Shown here piece after piece: positions 40,957-51,204 of a DNA stretch of 64,000 nucleotides. A program made the position numbers and the translations under genes. The DNA is from a virus. The notes under the pieces are model-generated. The model made no database searches. It was not told where the DNA came from and saw only the letters and a list, made by a program, of their open reading frames with translations. Each line of letters begins with the position of its first letter. Position 1 is the first letter of the stretch. Location of the stretch: the IMG/VR virus record IMGVR_UViG_3300046171_000208, positions 37,694-101,693 of that record, one strand, 5' to 3'.

Positions 40957-41957
40957 TGACTATTAAATCTTCTGGAAGTTCACTATCATTTTCTGAAATA
41001 GAAACCGAGTTCGGTGCAAACGGATCTAGATCGTTAGGTGGTTATCGTACTACACAAAGTGTAGGTTCATTATCAAATTTACCTTTAGATGGTGGTATTC
41101 CAACATCAGGACAGATAAAATTTAGTGATTTTTATAGTAAACAATTAAATGTAGTTGTTAATTGTCATAGTGGTAGTAGGGAAGATAGAAAGAGTGCAAA
41201 GAATGATAAGTGGAATAATAATGATGTTACTGTTATTGGTGGATTCCGAAGTAAAAAAGAGAGTGGTAGTAAAATTATAATCAATGTAAATAAAAAATTC
41301 TGTTCAAATAAAGATCAACAGAACAGATGTGCATTAAGAACTGGGAGTTGGGATGGTTCTGCAACAGTTCAAGTTGATATAGGTGGTAGTGCACAAATTC
41401 TTGGTGCTGGAGGAGATGGTGGTAAGGGTGCTGACGGTATTAATAATAATGGTAATGCTGGTGGCGATGGAACAAGTGGATTAGGTATTGAACAGAATAA
41501 TGTAACAGTTAATATTGCAAGTGGTGCAATTCTCCGTGCTGGTTTTGGTGGTGGAGGAGGTGGCGGTGGAGGTCGCCAACAAGATAAAAGAAGAGATAGA
41601 AGAGCTGGCGGTGGAGGCGGTGGCGGTGGCATGGGCTGCCCTGCAGGTAATGGTGGACAAGGTGGATCTACTGGGGGAGGATTTGGATCTGGTAGTGGAC
41701 AACCTGGTGGAGCAGGTACTGAAACCTCTGGTGGAGGTGGCGGTGGCGGTGGTAATAACTCTGGACAAGCAGGTGGTTCATCTGGAGGTTCAGGTGGTCA
41801 AGCATCTGGAAACGCTGGAGCAGGTGGTAATAACAACACATCAGGAGGATCTGGTGGAGGAAATGGGGCTGCCATTAGACGAATTTCAGGTTATAATGTT
41901 ACAATAAATAATAGTGGTTCAATTACAGGTAGCACATCTGCTACTGGTGTAACTTAA
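40956..41957 (+). CDS. glycine-rich fibre-tip/adhesin-like protein
   Basis: MTIKSSGSSLSFSEIETEFG, GQIKFSDFY, GAGGDGG and many poly-Gly tracts; coupled to the fibre gene. Confidence 0.7.
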   Translation: MTIKSSGSSLSFSEIETEFGANGSRSLGGYRTTQSVGSLSNLPLDGGIPTSGQIKFSDFYSKQLNVVVNCHSGSREDRKSAKNDKWNNNDVTVIGGFRSKKESGSKIIINVNKKFCSNKDQQNRCALRTGSWDGSATVQVDIGGSAQILGAGGDGGKGADGINNNGNAGGDGTSGLGIEQNNVTVNIASGAILRAGFGGGGGGGGGRQQDKRRDRRAGGGGGGGGMGCPAGNGGQGGSTGGGFGSGSGQPGGAGTETSGGGGGGGGNNSGQAGGSSGGSGGQASGNAGAGGNNNTSGGSGGGNGAAIRRISGYNVTINNSGSITGSTSATGVT

Positions 41958-41976
41958 ATTTTTTCATTCTTTTATT

Positions 41977-42549
41977 ATGACAACTGAATTTGACTTGATA
42001 AGAAGGTATAGAGGTGCTTTCTCAAAAGATGAATGTGAAAAGTTTATAGAATTTATTGATGAATTTGATAAGCATAATATATTAGTACATGATACAGAAA
42101 ATCTACATCAGGTAAATCATAAGACTGCAAATGTATCTTTTAGTTATGATTTCCCTTCATATAGTCAATTAGCAGATGATATAATACCTAAATTTAAACC
42201 TTGTATTGATGAATATCTAGAAGCAGTAAGTATATTAAAAGATTTTAAATTTTTAATCTATGATTTGAAAGTCAAGAAGATACCAATTTGTGGTGGGTTT
42301 CACTCTTGGCATTTTGAAAATGGTTCAATACCCTATAGTCAAAGAAAATTTGTTCTACAACTTTATTTAAATGATGATTTTGAGGGTGGTGAAACTGAAT
42401 TTTTATACCAGAATCGTAGAGAATTAGCAAAACAAGGTGATGTTTTGATTTTTCCCGCAGGATTCACACATACGCATCGTGGTAATCCACCGATAGGAGG
42501 AACAAAATATTTAATTACATCATGGGCAATGGTGCAAGATAATGACTAG
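41977..42549 (+). CDS. 2OG-Fe(II) oxygenase (prolyl-4-hydroxylase-like)
   Basis: WHFE, LYLNDDFEGGETEF, FPAGFTHTHRG, KY. Confidence 0.9.
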   Translation: MTTEFDLIRRYRGAFSKDECEKFIEFIDEFDKHNILVHDTENLHQVNHKTANVSFSYDFPSYSQLADDIIPKFKPCIDEYLEAVSILKDFKFLIYDLKVKKIPICGGFHSWHFENGSIPYSQRKFVLQLYLNDDFEGGETEFLYQNRRELAKQGDVLIFPAGFTHTHRGNPPIGGTKYLITSWAMVQDND

Positions 42550-43249
42550 ACAAATATTTAATATCTTCCCAACCACAATTTATGTCAGCGAGATTCCTAA
42601 CCATAAAAAATATAAAGATACTTTTTATAAATTATATCCCAAGTATGATTATGAACAAGTAACTTATCAAGATGGTGAAGAGTGGTTTAATACTACAAGT
42701 GAAAATACAGGAAATCCATTTATTCATCTAGATAATGAACTCGAAGAATTGTTTGAAAATATTATATCAGAGACAAAAATTTATGTACACGAAGTTTTAA
42801 AATACAAAGATATTTTTGATTATATAATTACTAAAAGCTGGATTTCTCGTTCAAGAGCATATCACGAAACTATTAAATGGCACACTCATTCAACAAGTCA
42901 TATTTCGTTTTCTTATTATTTAAATACACCACCTAATTCTCACGTTTTAAAATTTGCGAATACAAATAATCTAAATGGATTATTTGATGGATTGAATACA
43001 AGTGATATTAAAGATGGTGTTCGAGAAAGCAATGAACTTAATGCTTCGAGTTTTTATATAAATCCAGAGGAAGGTTCTTTAATTTTATTTCCAAGTGCTA
43101 TGGAACATTGTACTGCAACTCACTCAAATGATTTTGAAGGTGAGAGATTGGCAATAGTTGGTGATATAACACTTGTGTATAAGGAGGATGGTGATAATGA
43201 TTATTCAATGGGTTTTGTAAATCCAAAATATTGGAGGACATACAAATGA
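42542..43249 (+). CDS. 2OG-Fe(II) oxygenase (TIGR02466-like)
   Basis: SWI, HTHSTSHISFSYY, PEEGSLILFPS..EH, RLAI. Confidence 0.85.
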   Translation: MTRQIFNIFPTTIYVSEIPNHKKYKDTFYKLYPKYDYEQVTYQDGEEWFNTTSENTGNPFIHLDNELEELFENIISETKIYVHEVLKYKDIFDYIITKSWISRSRAYHETIKWHTHSTSHISFSYYLNTPPNSHVLKFANTNNLNGLFDGLNTSDIKDGVRESNELNASSFYINPEEGSLILFPSAMEHCTATHSNDFEGERLAIVGDITLVYKEDGDNDYSMGFVNPKYWRTYK

Positions 43250-43590
43250 AGGTGATTGTTAAAATTGAAGAGTACTTACCTGATACTCAACAGATTGTTA
43301 TAAAAATATGCAGATTACACTCACACAAACCTATAGATGATCATAGAACTTTTGCAATCGAAATATATGATTTAGATATGACTGATAATGAATCTTTTAT
43401 TGATAGTTTAGTTTTTAAAGTAAAACATTTACTTCAAGAACAAGAAGAGAATGAACCTATACTAGATGAAAACACACCCATCGAGATTGGTGGTGAACTT
43501 GATATTGAAAATTTATTAGGAAAGAATATTGAGGGTAAAATCTGGTACAGGGGAACTAGATTACTAAAAATGAGGAGAGTGGAATTATGA
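43246..43590 (+). CDS. hypothetical protein
   Basis: Coupled ORF in the oxygenase operon; ATG at 43246 with SD GGAGG. Confidence 0.6.
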   Translation: MKVIVKIEEYLPDTQQIVIKICRLHSHKPIDDHRTFAIEIYDLDMTDNESFIDSLVFKVKHLLQEQEENEPILDENTPIEIGGELDIENLLGKNIEGKIWYRGTRLLKMRRVEL

Positions 43591-44054
43591 GACATTTTTT
43601 TAAAAAGTGTGAAGAATTTACTTTATGTGGTGGTGTAGGGGATGGTGATGGGTTATTTACACATGGTTATCCAGATAACTATGCGATATATCACATAATT
43701 ATTAAAGGAAATGTAAGAATGGCAAGACCATTTGAAACAGAGTATATTTCTCTAGATGCAGATGGAAATAATTTTGTAAATGTTAAAGATTATCTTTTTT
43801 CAAAAAGATATTACACATCATCAACTCCATATCATATGTTTGGATTCAACGCACTTACACCAAGTCAAGATTGGGATGGTAAATTGGTGAAAGAATCTTT
43901 TGATGGTGATAATAAAAGTTGGTTGATTTGTTTTAGTGGTAAACCTATCATCAATGGTGTTATAGTAAAACCACTAGATTATGCTAAACTAGATAACAAA
44001 CACTATGAAGTTACACTCAATGATGCAATCATTGGGGTTTTTACTAAATTATGA
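43587..44054 (+). CDS. hypothetical protein
   Basis: Coupled ORF (ATGA overlaps). Confidence 0.6.
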   Translation: MRHFFKKCEEFTLCGGVGDGDGLFTHGYPDNYAIYHIIIKGNVRMARPFETEYISLDADGNNFVNVKDYLFSKRYYTSSTPYHMFGFNALTPSQDWDGKLVKESFDGDNKSWLICFSGKPIINGVIVKPLDYAKLDNKHYEVTLNDAIIGVFTKL

Positions 44055-44536
44055 TTACAAAGGAACAATTAACAAAACTATATCATTGGGGTAATAGAAC
44101 AACATTTCCATTAAGAAAGGAAGGTATTACTTCAAAATATATGAGATACGATGTTTTTATTTCTTATGTTAAATATGGTAAGAATGAAAAAAGATATAGA
44201 AAGAAATTATTTGATGATAATATTTACGAAATTATAAAAAATGATGAGATTTATGGTGTTGCATATCTAAAATATTCAGCACACGTTGATGCAAAACCAC
44301 ATAAGGATTTTAATTTATGGGGTAAAGATTTCTTAAGAATACAAATACCTCTGAAGATGCCACAGGGAAATAAATGTTACATTGAGTTTATTGAAACAGG
44401 GGAAAGATTTTATTGGCAAAAGGGAAAAGTAGAGATATTTAATGTAGAAAAATTGCATCAAGGTAAGAATGATTCTGATCAAACAATGGAGTTTTTATAT
44501 GTTGACATCAATCCTGATACAGAAGTTGAATTATGA
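44051..44536 (+). CDS. aspartyl/asparaginyl beta-hydroxylase-like 2OG oxygenase
   Basis: PHKD, LRIQIPL, WQKGKVEIF...LHQGKN...FLYVD. Confidence 0.8.
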   Translation: MITKEQLTKLYHWGNRTTFPLRKEGITSKYMRYDVFISYVKYGKNEKRYRKKLFDDNIYEIIKNDEIYGVAYLKYSAHVDAKPHKDFNLWGKDFLRIQIPLKMPQGNKCYIEFIETGERFYWQKGKVEIFNVEKLHQGKNDSDQTMEFLYVDINPDTEVEL

Positions 44537-45102
44537 ATGATAGTGAAATCATTGTGATTGATAATATAATTGACCTAGATTATCAAGAACAAATAAAGGG
44601 TATATTATTAGGAGATATTAATTACAAAGACTATGAGTTTCCGTGGTATTATACGAAAGATGTAACCAAATCAGATTCTCCCAATAGTCAGAAAAGACCC
44701 GCATTTACACACGGATATGTTAAATTATCAGGTCAAGTAATAAGTGAGTTTCACGATATATTTTTAAATCTTATTAAGGTTTGTTGTCATAGATTACAAA
44801 TCACAGAGGTTGATGTAATTCAAGGTCGTTCATTTTTACAATTACCTTTAAGTCAAAAAACAAATGTTGATACACCACATATAGACACAGATGATAAACA
44901 TTTTGTGATGTTGTACTATGTTTTGGATAGTGATGGAGATACAATTATATACAATGAGAAGGTTGAGAGTAAAGAATATACAGTAAATAAAAGTATTACA
45001 CCAAAGCAAGGTCGTGTGGTGTTATTTGATGGTGGTTTATATCATACAGCAGAGCAACCGACAAAGGATACAAGATGTGTTGTGAACTATAATTTAGTGT
45101 GA
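44533..45102 (+). CDS. 2OG-Fe(II) oxygenase
   Basis: PHID, MLYYVLDSDGDT, PKQGRVVLFDG..YH, R.VVNYN. Confidence 0.85.
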   Translation: MNDSEIIVIDNIIDLDYQEQIKGILLGDINYKDYEFPWYYTKDVTKSDSPNSQKRPAFTHGYVKLSGQVISEFHDIFLNLIKVCCHRLQITEVDVIQGRSFLQLPLSQKTNVDTPHIDTDDKHFVMLYYVLDSDGDTIIYNEKVESKEYTVNKSITPKQGRVVLFDGGLYHTAEQPTKDTRCVVNYNLV

Positions 45103-45154
45103 TAATAAAAAAGTTCCTTGCACAAGGGGTATTTTTATGCTATAATAAAGACAA

Positions 45155-45928
45155 ATGAATGAAACAATGAAATTATATAATGATGATATGTTTGATGTGT
45201 TTTCTAATATCAAACCCCAAAGTGTTGATTTATTATTGACAGATTTTCCGTATGGAACATTGAACAAAAAGCGTAATGAGTGGGATAAGATTATTGATTA
45301 TGATAAATTCTGGTATTATGTTGATATTATATGTAAACCTAATTGTGCAATTGTAAGCACAGCAGCTCAACCATTTACATCTGTACTCATATCCACTAAC
45401 TATGCTAATTTTAAATATTGTTTAGTGTGGGAGAAATCAAAGTCAACTGGTTATCTCAATGCGAAGAAACAACCTATGAGGTCACACGAAGACATAGTTG
45501 TATTTTATAAGAAACAACCAACATATAATCCACAAATGACAGTAGGCAAACCTTACGATAAGGGTAAAGCAGTTCGTGATGCAATTCAGTATGGAAAGCA
45601 AACTAAAGCAGTTCACGTTAAAAATACCGAAGGTACAAGATACCCAAGAAGTGTTTTATATTTTAAAACAGCAGAAGATGAGGGTAAACTACATCCAACA
45701 CAAAAACCAATAGCACTATATGAGTATTTGGTAAAAACTTATTCAAATGAGGGAGATACAATTCTTGACCCTTGCATGGGGTCAGGAACTACTGGTATTG
45801 CTTGTCTGAATACCGACAGAGAATTTATTGGTATTGAGAGGGATGAGAATTATTATACCATAGCAGAGAAAAGATTAAAGACAATGACACAAGAGGAATC
45901 CAATCCACTAACAGAGTTGCTATACTAA
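45155..45928 (+). CDS. DNA amino-methyltransferase (N6A/N4C, beta class)
   Basis: TDFPY (variant motif IV), HPTQKP, ILDPCMGSGTTG; promoter TTGCAC-N17-TATAAT at 45118. Confidence 0.9.
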   Translation: MNETMKLYNDDMFDVFSNIKPQSVDLLLTDFPYGTLNKKRNEWDKIIDYDKFWYYVDIICKPNCAIVSTAAQPFTSVLISTNYANFKYCLVWEKSKSTGYLNAKKQPMRSHEDIVVFYKKQPTYNPQMTVGKPYDKGKAVRDAIQYGKQTKAVHVKNTEGTRYPRSVLYFKTAEDEGKLHPTQKPIALYEYLVKTYSNEGDTILDPCMGSGTTGIACLNTDREFIGIERDENYYTIAEKRLKTMTQEESNPLTELLY

Positions 45929-46004
45929 TAATATCTAATGATGAAAAATATTGGAAAAAATATGATTAATTTGCAAATTTTTTGATATATGCTATAATTA
46001 CATT

Positions 46005-46745
46005 ATGAAAAATAATGAGACACCTGTAGGATGGTCAGTATGTATGTCTGATGATTCTTTTTTGGACAACTTATCAGACATACCTAAAAAAATCAACTCA
46101 AGAAAATTTGTGAGTGGAGGAATATTATATTGCCCTGCATTTGGAGGGTTTTATGATAATGTATTTGCTATTAAAATGCCAACTACAGTTATTTTTAGCA
46201 AAGTAAATGGTACGTTGAGTGTGGATTCATCTCCAAATTTAGAACCCAAAGCAAAATATGAGTCATTTTTTAGCATTGAACAAGATGAAAATGGATTTTC
46301 AATTCAAGTAATTTTGAATAATATTTTTGTTAGTGATAAACCATACACCACTATTGAGACATTACCACCAATATTACATAGAGTTAGAAATGATATAATT
46401 TATCTTAATGGTAGATTTGATTGTCACGCTTGGCAAAGACCAGTTCATTTTGGATTTAGAATTACAAAAGAAGTATTCGATGAAATGAAACCAAATGATA
46501 AAATTATTTTTAATCAAGATGAAGTTGTAATGTATGTTAGACTCAATACTCCTGATAATAGTGAAGTAAAACTATATCAATTAAGTCCAGATGATGAAAA
46601 AGATTTAATGAAGTATGTGAACAGAAATGTAAATCTTATAAGTTATGTCAGTTTGATGGACTTCAGAACAATATGGAATAGAGTTAGAAATCGCAGACCA
46701 AACAAATTTTTGAGAGATTTAAATTATGGTAGTAAAAGTAATTGA
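46005..46745 (+). CDS. hypothetical protein
   Basis: 246-aa ORF (CPAF, GRFD..AW.RP) with its own promoter. Confidence 0.65.
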   Translation: MKNNETPVGWSVCMSDDSFLDNLSDIPKKINSRKFVSGGILYCPAFGGFYDNVFAIKMPTTVIFSKVNGTLSVDSSPNLEPKAKYESFFSIEQDENGFSIQVILNNIFVSDKPYTTIETLPPILHRVRNDIIYLNGRFDCHAWQRPVHFGFRITKEVFDEMKPNDKIIFNQDEVVMYVRLNTPDNSEVKLYQLSPDDEKDLMKYVNRNVNLISYVSLMDFRTIWNRVRNRRPNKFLRDLNYGSKSN

Positions 46746-47247
46746 TGATGTAGTCAGTAAAGGTTATCAAAATCTTATCGAGAATACTATTTGCTCCCCT
46801 AATTTTAATTGGAGTTATATTACAGGACTCACTTTTAATGATGATTCTAATACGGGATTTGTTAATAAAATTTTTAGTTCAGAGCATCAATTTAGAACAC
46901 CAGAAACTGATTTATTGATACCACTATTGTATGAAGCAATAGACAAATATGAAAAAGGATTAGTAGTTAAAGACTTATACCGTATTATTGCAAGAATGAA
47001 TTTAAAAGGTCAAAATAAATCTAAACATCTTCCTCATATTGATGTTGAATTTCCTCATTATACAATGGTTTATTACGTTAATAATAGTGATTTGGGAACT
47101 AACATTCATGAAGGAGATAAAATTATTCAAAATGTAGAACATAAAAAAGGGAGAGCAGTTATAATGTCTGGAGATATTTTACACTCATCATCTACCCCAA
47201 AAAAATCTCTTAATAGGGTAGTATTAAATTTTAATTTTATGATATGA
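46726..47247 (+). CDS. 2OG-Fe(II) oxygenase
   Basis: PHID, VYYVNNSD, H, RVVLNFN. Confidence 0.85.
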   Translation: MVVKVIDDVVSKGYQNLIENTICSPNFNWSYITGLTFNDDSNTGFVNKIFSSEHQFRTPETDLLIPLLYEAIDKYEKGLVVKDLYRIIARMNLKGQNKSKHLPHIDVEFPHYTMVYYVNNSDLGTNIHEGDKIIQNVEHKKGRAVIMSGDILHSSSTPKKSLNRVVLNFNFMI

Positions 47248-47843
47248 CCCTACAAGAATTTAATCCAAGTTGGTACTTTCGATCTAGATTGAGTGATGAA
47301 GATATACAAAAAGTAAAAAATATTTTCGTATCATTTATAGATGATGATAATAATTTTCATAATCCACCACAATGGGGAGCAAATGTAAAAAGTTCTTTTT
47401 ATCATCCAAATAACGATAATCCTAAATGGGATTCTTTTTTAGAAATTTTAAAACCATTTACTGATGAATTTATTAGTATAATGAAACCTAAAATGCCAGT
47501 AGAAGTATTTGCACAAGAAGGATGGGTCAATAAGTATTCGTGGCAATATTTTCAAGAATATCATACACATGCATCCCCAGACATTAATTTAAGTATGATA
47601 TATTTTTACAAGGTAAAAAAGGATGATGAGTGTTTTAAATTTGTAACTGATCATTCATTGTATTCATCAAATGGATATAATAAGATGTTTCAAATTCCAA
47701 ATAGACCAGTAACAGTTCCAAAGGTGAATAGCGGTGATGTGATTTATTTTCCATCATTTTACCCTCACTTTGTCACTCCACATTTCTTAAAAGGATTTGA
47801 AAGAGTGACTTTTAGCACTAATTTTTTAATTGTGCCAGTTTAG
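47244..47843 (+). CDS. 2OG-Fe(II) oxygenase (TIGR02466-like)
   Basis: WVNKY, QEYHTH, GDVIYFPSFYPHFV, RVTFS. Confidence 0.85.
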   Translation: MTLQEFNPSWYFRSRLSDEDIQKVKNIFVSFIDDDNNFHNPPQWGANVKSSFYHPNNDNPKWDSFLEILKPFTDEFISIMKPKMPVEVFAQEGWVNKYSWQYFQEYHTHASPDINLSMIYFYKVKKDDECFKFVTDHSLYSSNGYNKMFQIPNRPVTVPKVNSGDVIYFPSFYPHFVTPHFLKGFERVTFSTNFLIVPV

Positions 47844-47887
47844 AAAGTGTCTAATATGATTACAATTGTATTTTCATATGCTATAAT
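47832..47887 (+). promoter_or_regulatory. early promoter element (palindrome + TATAAT)
   Basis: GTGCCA-N10-TGTCTA-N28-TATAAT. Confidence 0.7.
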
Positions 47888-47908
47888 AAAGACATCTAAA
47901 GAACACTA

Positions 47909-49084
47909 ATGCAATTAAGACCTCATCAAGAGCAAGCAATCCAATCAATGTTGGACAATGACAAAGGACAAATCATTGTTCCTACTGGTGGTGGTAAGAC
48001 TATCTGTATGATTATGGATGCTGTCAAGCAGTTGGAAACCTATGGCACGATTGTTGTAGTTGCACCACGCATATTACTTGCAGAGCAACTATCTCACGAA
48101 TTTATGGAAATCATTGATGAGAAGTATAATGATGTAGAAGTAATGCACGTTCATAGTGGTAAAGTCAAAGGTGTATTCAGCAGCACTAATCCATTTCAGA
48201 TACAACAGTTTGTAGAGTCAAACTTGGGTGGTAGAAGAATTATATTTACAACTTATCATTCATTACATAGAGTTGAAGAGTCAGGTATCAATGTTGACAC
48301 TATCTACTTTGATGAAGCACATAATTCAGTTCAGAGAAACTTCTTCCCTGCTACTGATTACTTCTCAATACACGCACAAAGATGTTACTTCTTTACAGCA
48401 ACACCAAAGCATAGTCGTTCTGTAAAACCAGGTATGAATTGGACAGAGGTATATGGTGGTGTTATATGTCAAATACCTGCACCAAAGTTAGTCAAGCAAG
48501 GTTATATTTTACCACCTAAAGTTAAGGTGTATCGTTCAAGAATACTCAAGAAAGATGAGTTAGTTGCAGACAGAGATAATGAGCAAATGATTGGTGCTAT
48601 AGATAATCTTGACAAGGACAAAGTATTAATTTGTGCCAAGTCAACGAGACAAATTGTAAGTCTAATATCACAGACAGATTTTGTACATCAACTTGCAATT
48701 CGTGGTTACTCTTATATGTTTATCACAGCAAAGACAGGTGCTATGATTGATGGAGAGAAGGTCGATAGAGAGACTTTCTTTAATACTCTTAATGAGTGGG
48801 GTAGAAACGGAAAGAAGTTTGTTGTACTTCATCACAGCATACTTTCAGAGGGTATCAATGTCAATGGACTTGAAGCAGTATTGTTTATGCGTTCTATGGA
48901 TTACATAGGTATTAGTCAGACTATTGGTAGGGTTATTCGTAAGGGTAATGCTGACAAAGTATTCGGACTTGTATGTGTACCAGTTTACTCTAATGTTGGT
49001 ATTACTACCGCAAGAAAGGTTGAAGCAGTAGTCGATACTATCTTCAACAAAGGTCAAGCAGCTACAACAGTTATCACAAGATGA
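47909..49084 (+). CDS. superfamily 2 helicase (DEAH, ResIII-like)
   Basis: LRPHQ, PTGGGKT, DEAH, TATP, ILSEGINV, QTIGRVIR. Confidence 0.92.
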   Translation: MQLRPHQEQAIQSMLDNDKGQIIVPTGGGKTICMIMDAVKQLETYGTIVVVAPRILLAEQLSHEFMEIIDEKYNDVEVMHVHSGKVKGVFSSTNPFQIQQFVESNLGGRRIIFTTYHSLHRVEESGINVDTIYFDEAHNSVQRNFFPATDYFSIHAQRCYFFTATPKHSRSVKPGMNWTEVYGGVICQIPAPKLVKQGYILPPKVKVYRSRILKKDELVADRDNEQMIGAIDNLDKDKVLICAKSTRQIVSLISQTDFVHQLAIRGYSYMFITAKTGAMIDGEKVDRETFFNTLNEWGRNGKKFVVLHHSILSEGINVNGLEAVLFMRSMDYIGISQTIGRVIRKGNADKVFGLVCVPVYSNVGITTARKVEAVVDTIFNKGQAATTVITR

Positions 49085-49644
49085 TTAACATACCATTTTC
49101 ATCTGATTTTTTTACACTTTTCCCTGCACCTAACGCAGAGGAATTAATATCCTCTATTGAAGAGATATGTAAAACTAAAAAAGTGGATAATGATTTTCGT
49201 GATTGGGGTAAGACTTGTAGAGTTGATACAATACCATTAATATGGCAAGACTTCCTTGACTTATATCAACCTAGTATTAAAGTTTTTTGTCATTTATTCA
49301 AAAAAGATATAAAATACACAATGTATAACCCTTGGCTTAATTTATATAAAAAGGGTTATTATCAAGAAATTCATGACCACGCAGGTCATGATATATCAAG
49401 TGTTTTCTTTGTAAATACTGGTGTTGATTTTGGTAAATTCTTTTTTTATGATAGACATTCTTGTAATTTTTCAGATAATTATGAGGATTTTATTTCATAC
49501 GAAAATCAGAAAAGACCACCTATAAAAAGAGGAGATATTATGTTTTTCTCTAGTCATCTCTTACATGGAGTGACTTCTCACGAAAATGATGAGATAAGAA
49601 AAACTCTCTCTGTAAATTTTAACATTGATGAGGTAGTAAAATGA
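49081..49644 (+). CDS. 2OG-Fe(II) oxygenase (TIGR02466-like)
   Basis: WLNLY, QEIHDH, GDIMFFSSHLLHGV, RKTLS. Confidence 0.85.
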   Translation: MINIPFSSDFFTLFPAPNAEELISSIEEICKTKKVDNDFRDWGKTCRVDTIPLIWQDFLDLYQPSIKVFCHLFKKDIKYTMYNPWLNLYKKGYYQEIHDHAGHDISSVFFVNTGVDFGKFFFYDRHSCNFSDNYEDFISYENQKRPPIKRGDIMFFSSHLLHGVTSHENDEIRKTLSVNFNIDEVVK

Positions 49645-50078
49645 GTGCAATTATTTTAGTTACAGGTGGATTTGACCCCATACATAGTGGTCACATCGCA
49701 TATTTTAAAGATGCAAAGGAGTTCAATCCTAGTGTGCCATTGTGTGTAGGATTAAATTCTGATGAGTGGTTAATTCGTAAGAAAGGAAAGTATTTCTTAC
49801 CAATGGCAGAGAGAAGATTGATAGTCAAAGAACTCAAACCAGTTGACTTGACGATTACTTATGATGATACAGATAATACATCTTGTATGGCAATCCATAA
49901 GTGTTTACAAATGTATGATAGAGTGATATTCTGTAATGGAGGAGATAGAGTTGACACCAATGTTCCAGAATATCTTAAATTTAAAGATAATGAAAGAGTT
50001 GTCTTTGAGTGGGGTGTCGGTGGCGATAATAAGATGAATAGTAGTAGTTGGATTTTGAATGAATTTTTAAAACGATGA
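49641..50078 (+). CDS. cytidylyltransferase-family protein
   Basis: TGGFDPIHSGH (HxGH), LNSDEWL.RKKG, NGGDR, SSSWIL. Confidence 0.9.
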   Translation: MSAIILVTGGFDPIHSGHIAYFKDAKEFNPSVPLCVGLNSDEWLIRKKGKYFLPMAERRLIVKELKPVDLTITYDDTDNTSCMAIHKCLQMYDRVIFCNGGDRVDTNVPEYLKFKDNERVVFEWGVGGDNKMNSSSWILNEFLKR

Positions 50079-51037
50079 GAGACACAATTTTATTTGGAGA
50101 TTGTCGAGAGACACTCAAAGAGTTTGATGAGAAGGCAAGGATGTGTGTAACATCCCCACCATACTACGGACTTCGGGATTATGGTGGAGAAGATAATCAA
50201 ATTGGTCAGGAACAAACCCCAGAGGAATTTATTGAACAATTAGTATCAGTATTCCGAGAGGTAAAAAATGTTCTTACTGATGACGGAACTTGTTGGGTTA
50301 ATCTTGGGGATAGTTACTATAACTATCGACCTGGTAAAGGTCAAGCACTTGTTAAACAATCAGTATCTAAAACGAAACAAGACCTACCAGATAAATGTGC
50401 AAAGAGAGCAAATAAATTAGAAGGATTGAAAGAAAAAGATTTGATTGGTATTCCGTGGCTGTTCGCATTTGCAATGAGAAATGATGGATGGTATCTACGT
50501 CAGGATATAATATGGCATAAACCAAATCCAATGCCAGAGAGTGTGAGAGACAGGTGTACGAAGTCACACGAATATATATTTTTATTCAGTAAAAACAAAA
50601 AGTATTACTACAATAATGAAGCAATCAAAGAACCCGCAAAAGATTGGGGAACAAGAGATAGAACAAACGGAAAATATCACAACGAAGGAACAGGACTCCA
50701 ACCGCATAGTGGACTTACAAAATCATATCCAACAAAGAATAAACGCTCTGTCTGGTCAGTAACAAACAAACCATATCGTGAAGCACATTTTGCAACATAT
50801 CCACCTGACTTGATTGAACCTTGCATACTGGCAGGGAGTGAGATAGGAGACATTGTACTAGACCCATTTATGGGGTCAGGTACTACAGCAGCAGTCGCAA
50901 AGGCACTTGGTAGAGATTATATTGGATGTGAACTCCACGAAGACTATGGTAACTTAATTCAGAAGAGAGTGCAAGAATATAAACCAGTTCAAGAAGTGGC
51001 ACAAGAACCTTGCATTAACATCTTGGATATTATATAA
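50075..51037 (+). CDS. DNA N4-cytosine/N6-adenine methyltransferase (beta class)
   Basis: VTSPPY, IIWHKPNPMPES, HFATYP, VLDPFMGSGTT. Confidence 0.93.
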   Translation: MRDTILFGDCRETLKEFDEKARMCVTSPPYYGLRDYGGEDNQIGQEQTPEEFIEQLVSVFREVKNVLTDDGTCWVNLGDSYYNYRPGKGQALVKQSVSKTKQDLPDKCAKRANKLEGLKEKDLIGIPWLFAFAMRNDGWYLRQDIIWHKPNPMPESVRDRCTKSHEYIFLFSKNKKYYYNNEAIKEPAKDWGTRDRTNGKYHNEGTGLQPHSGLTKSYPTKNKRSVWSVTNKPYREAHFATYPPDLIEPCILAGSEIGDIVLDPFMGSGTTAAVAKALGRDYIGCELHEDYGNLIQKRVQEYKPVQEVAQEPCINILDII

Positions 51038-51038
51038 T
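50981..51038 (+). promoter_or_regulatory. early promoter element
   Basis: AAACCA-N10-TGGCAC-N30-TATAAT inside the 3' end of the MTase gene. Confidence 0.75.
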
Positions 51039-51063
51039 AGAAGAGTAAACAAAGGAAAAACAA

Positions 51064-51204
51064 ATGCGTTGTAAAGTAGAACTCTATGTAGCAGGTCAAA
51101 CTTTTACTGAAGAAGTAAGAGCAGTTGACTATCAGGAAGCAAGACAAGTAGCACTTGCAAGAAATCCTAACGCTAGGATTATAAGTGTAACAGCAGTATT
51201 TTAA
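51064..51204 (+). CDS. 46-aa conserved cyanophage protein
   Basis: MRCKVELYVAGQTFTEEVRAVDYQEARQVALARNPNARIISVTAVF; SD AGGA. Confidence 0.75.
   Translation: MRCKVELYVAGQTFTEEVRAVDYQEARQVALARNPNARIISVTAVF

Noticed and set aside
2027-41907. Many antisense or alternate-frame ORFs in the track (e.g. 41369-41632 poly-Pro, 39183-39545, 30266-30652)
   Set aside because: They are shadows of Gly/Thr/Ser-rich sense genes, with no SD, promoter or motifs
47909-51037. Type III restriction-modification system (helicase + MTase)
   Set aside because: The helicase is only 391 aa with no nuclease domain, and the MTase is separated from it by two unrelated genes
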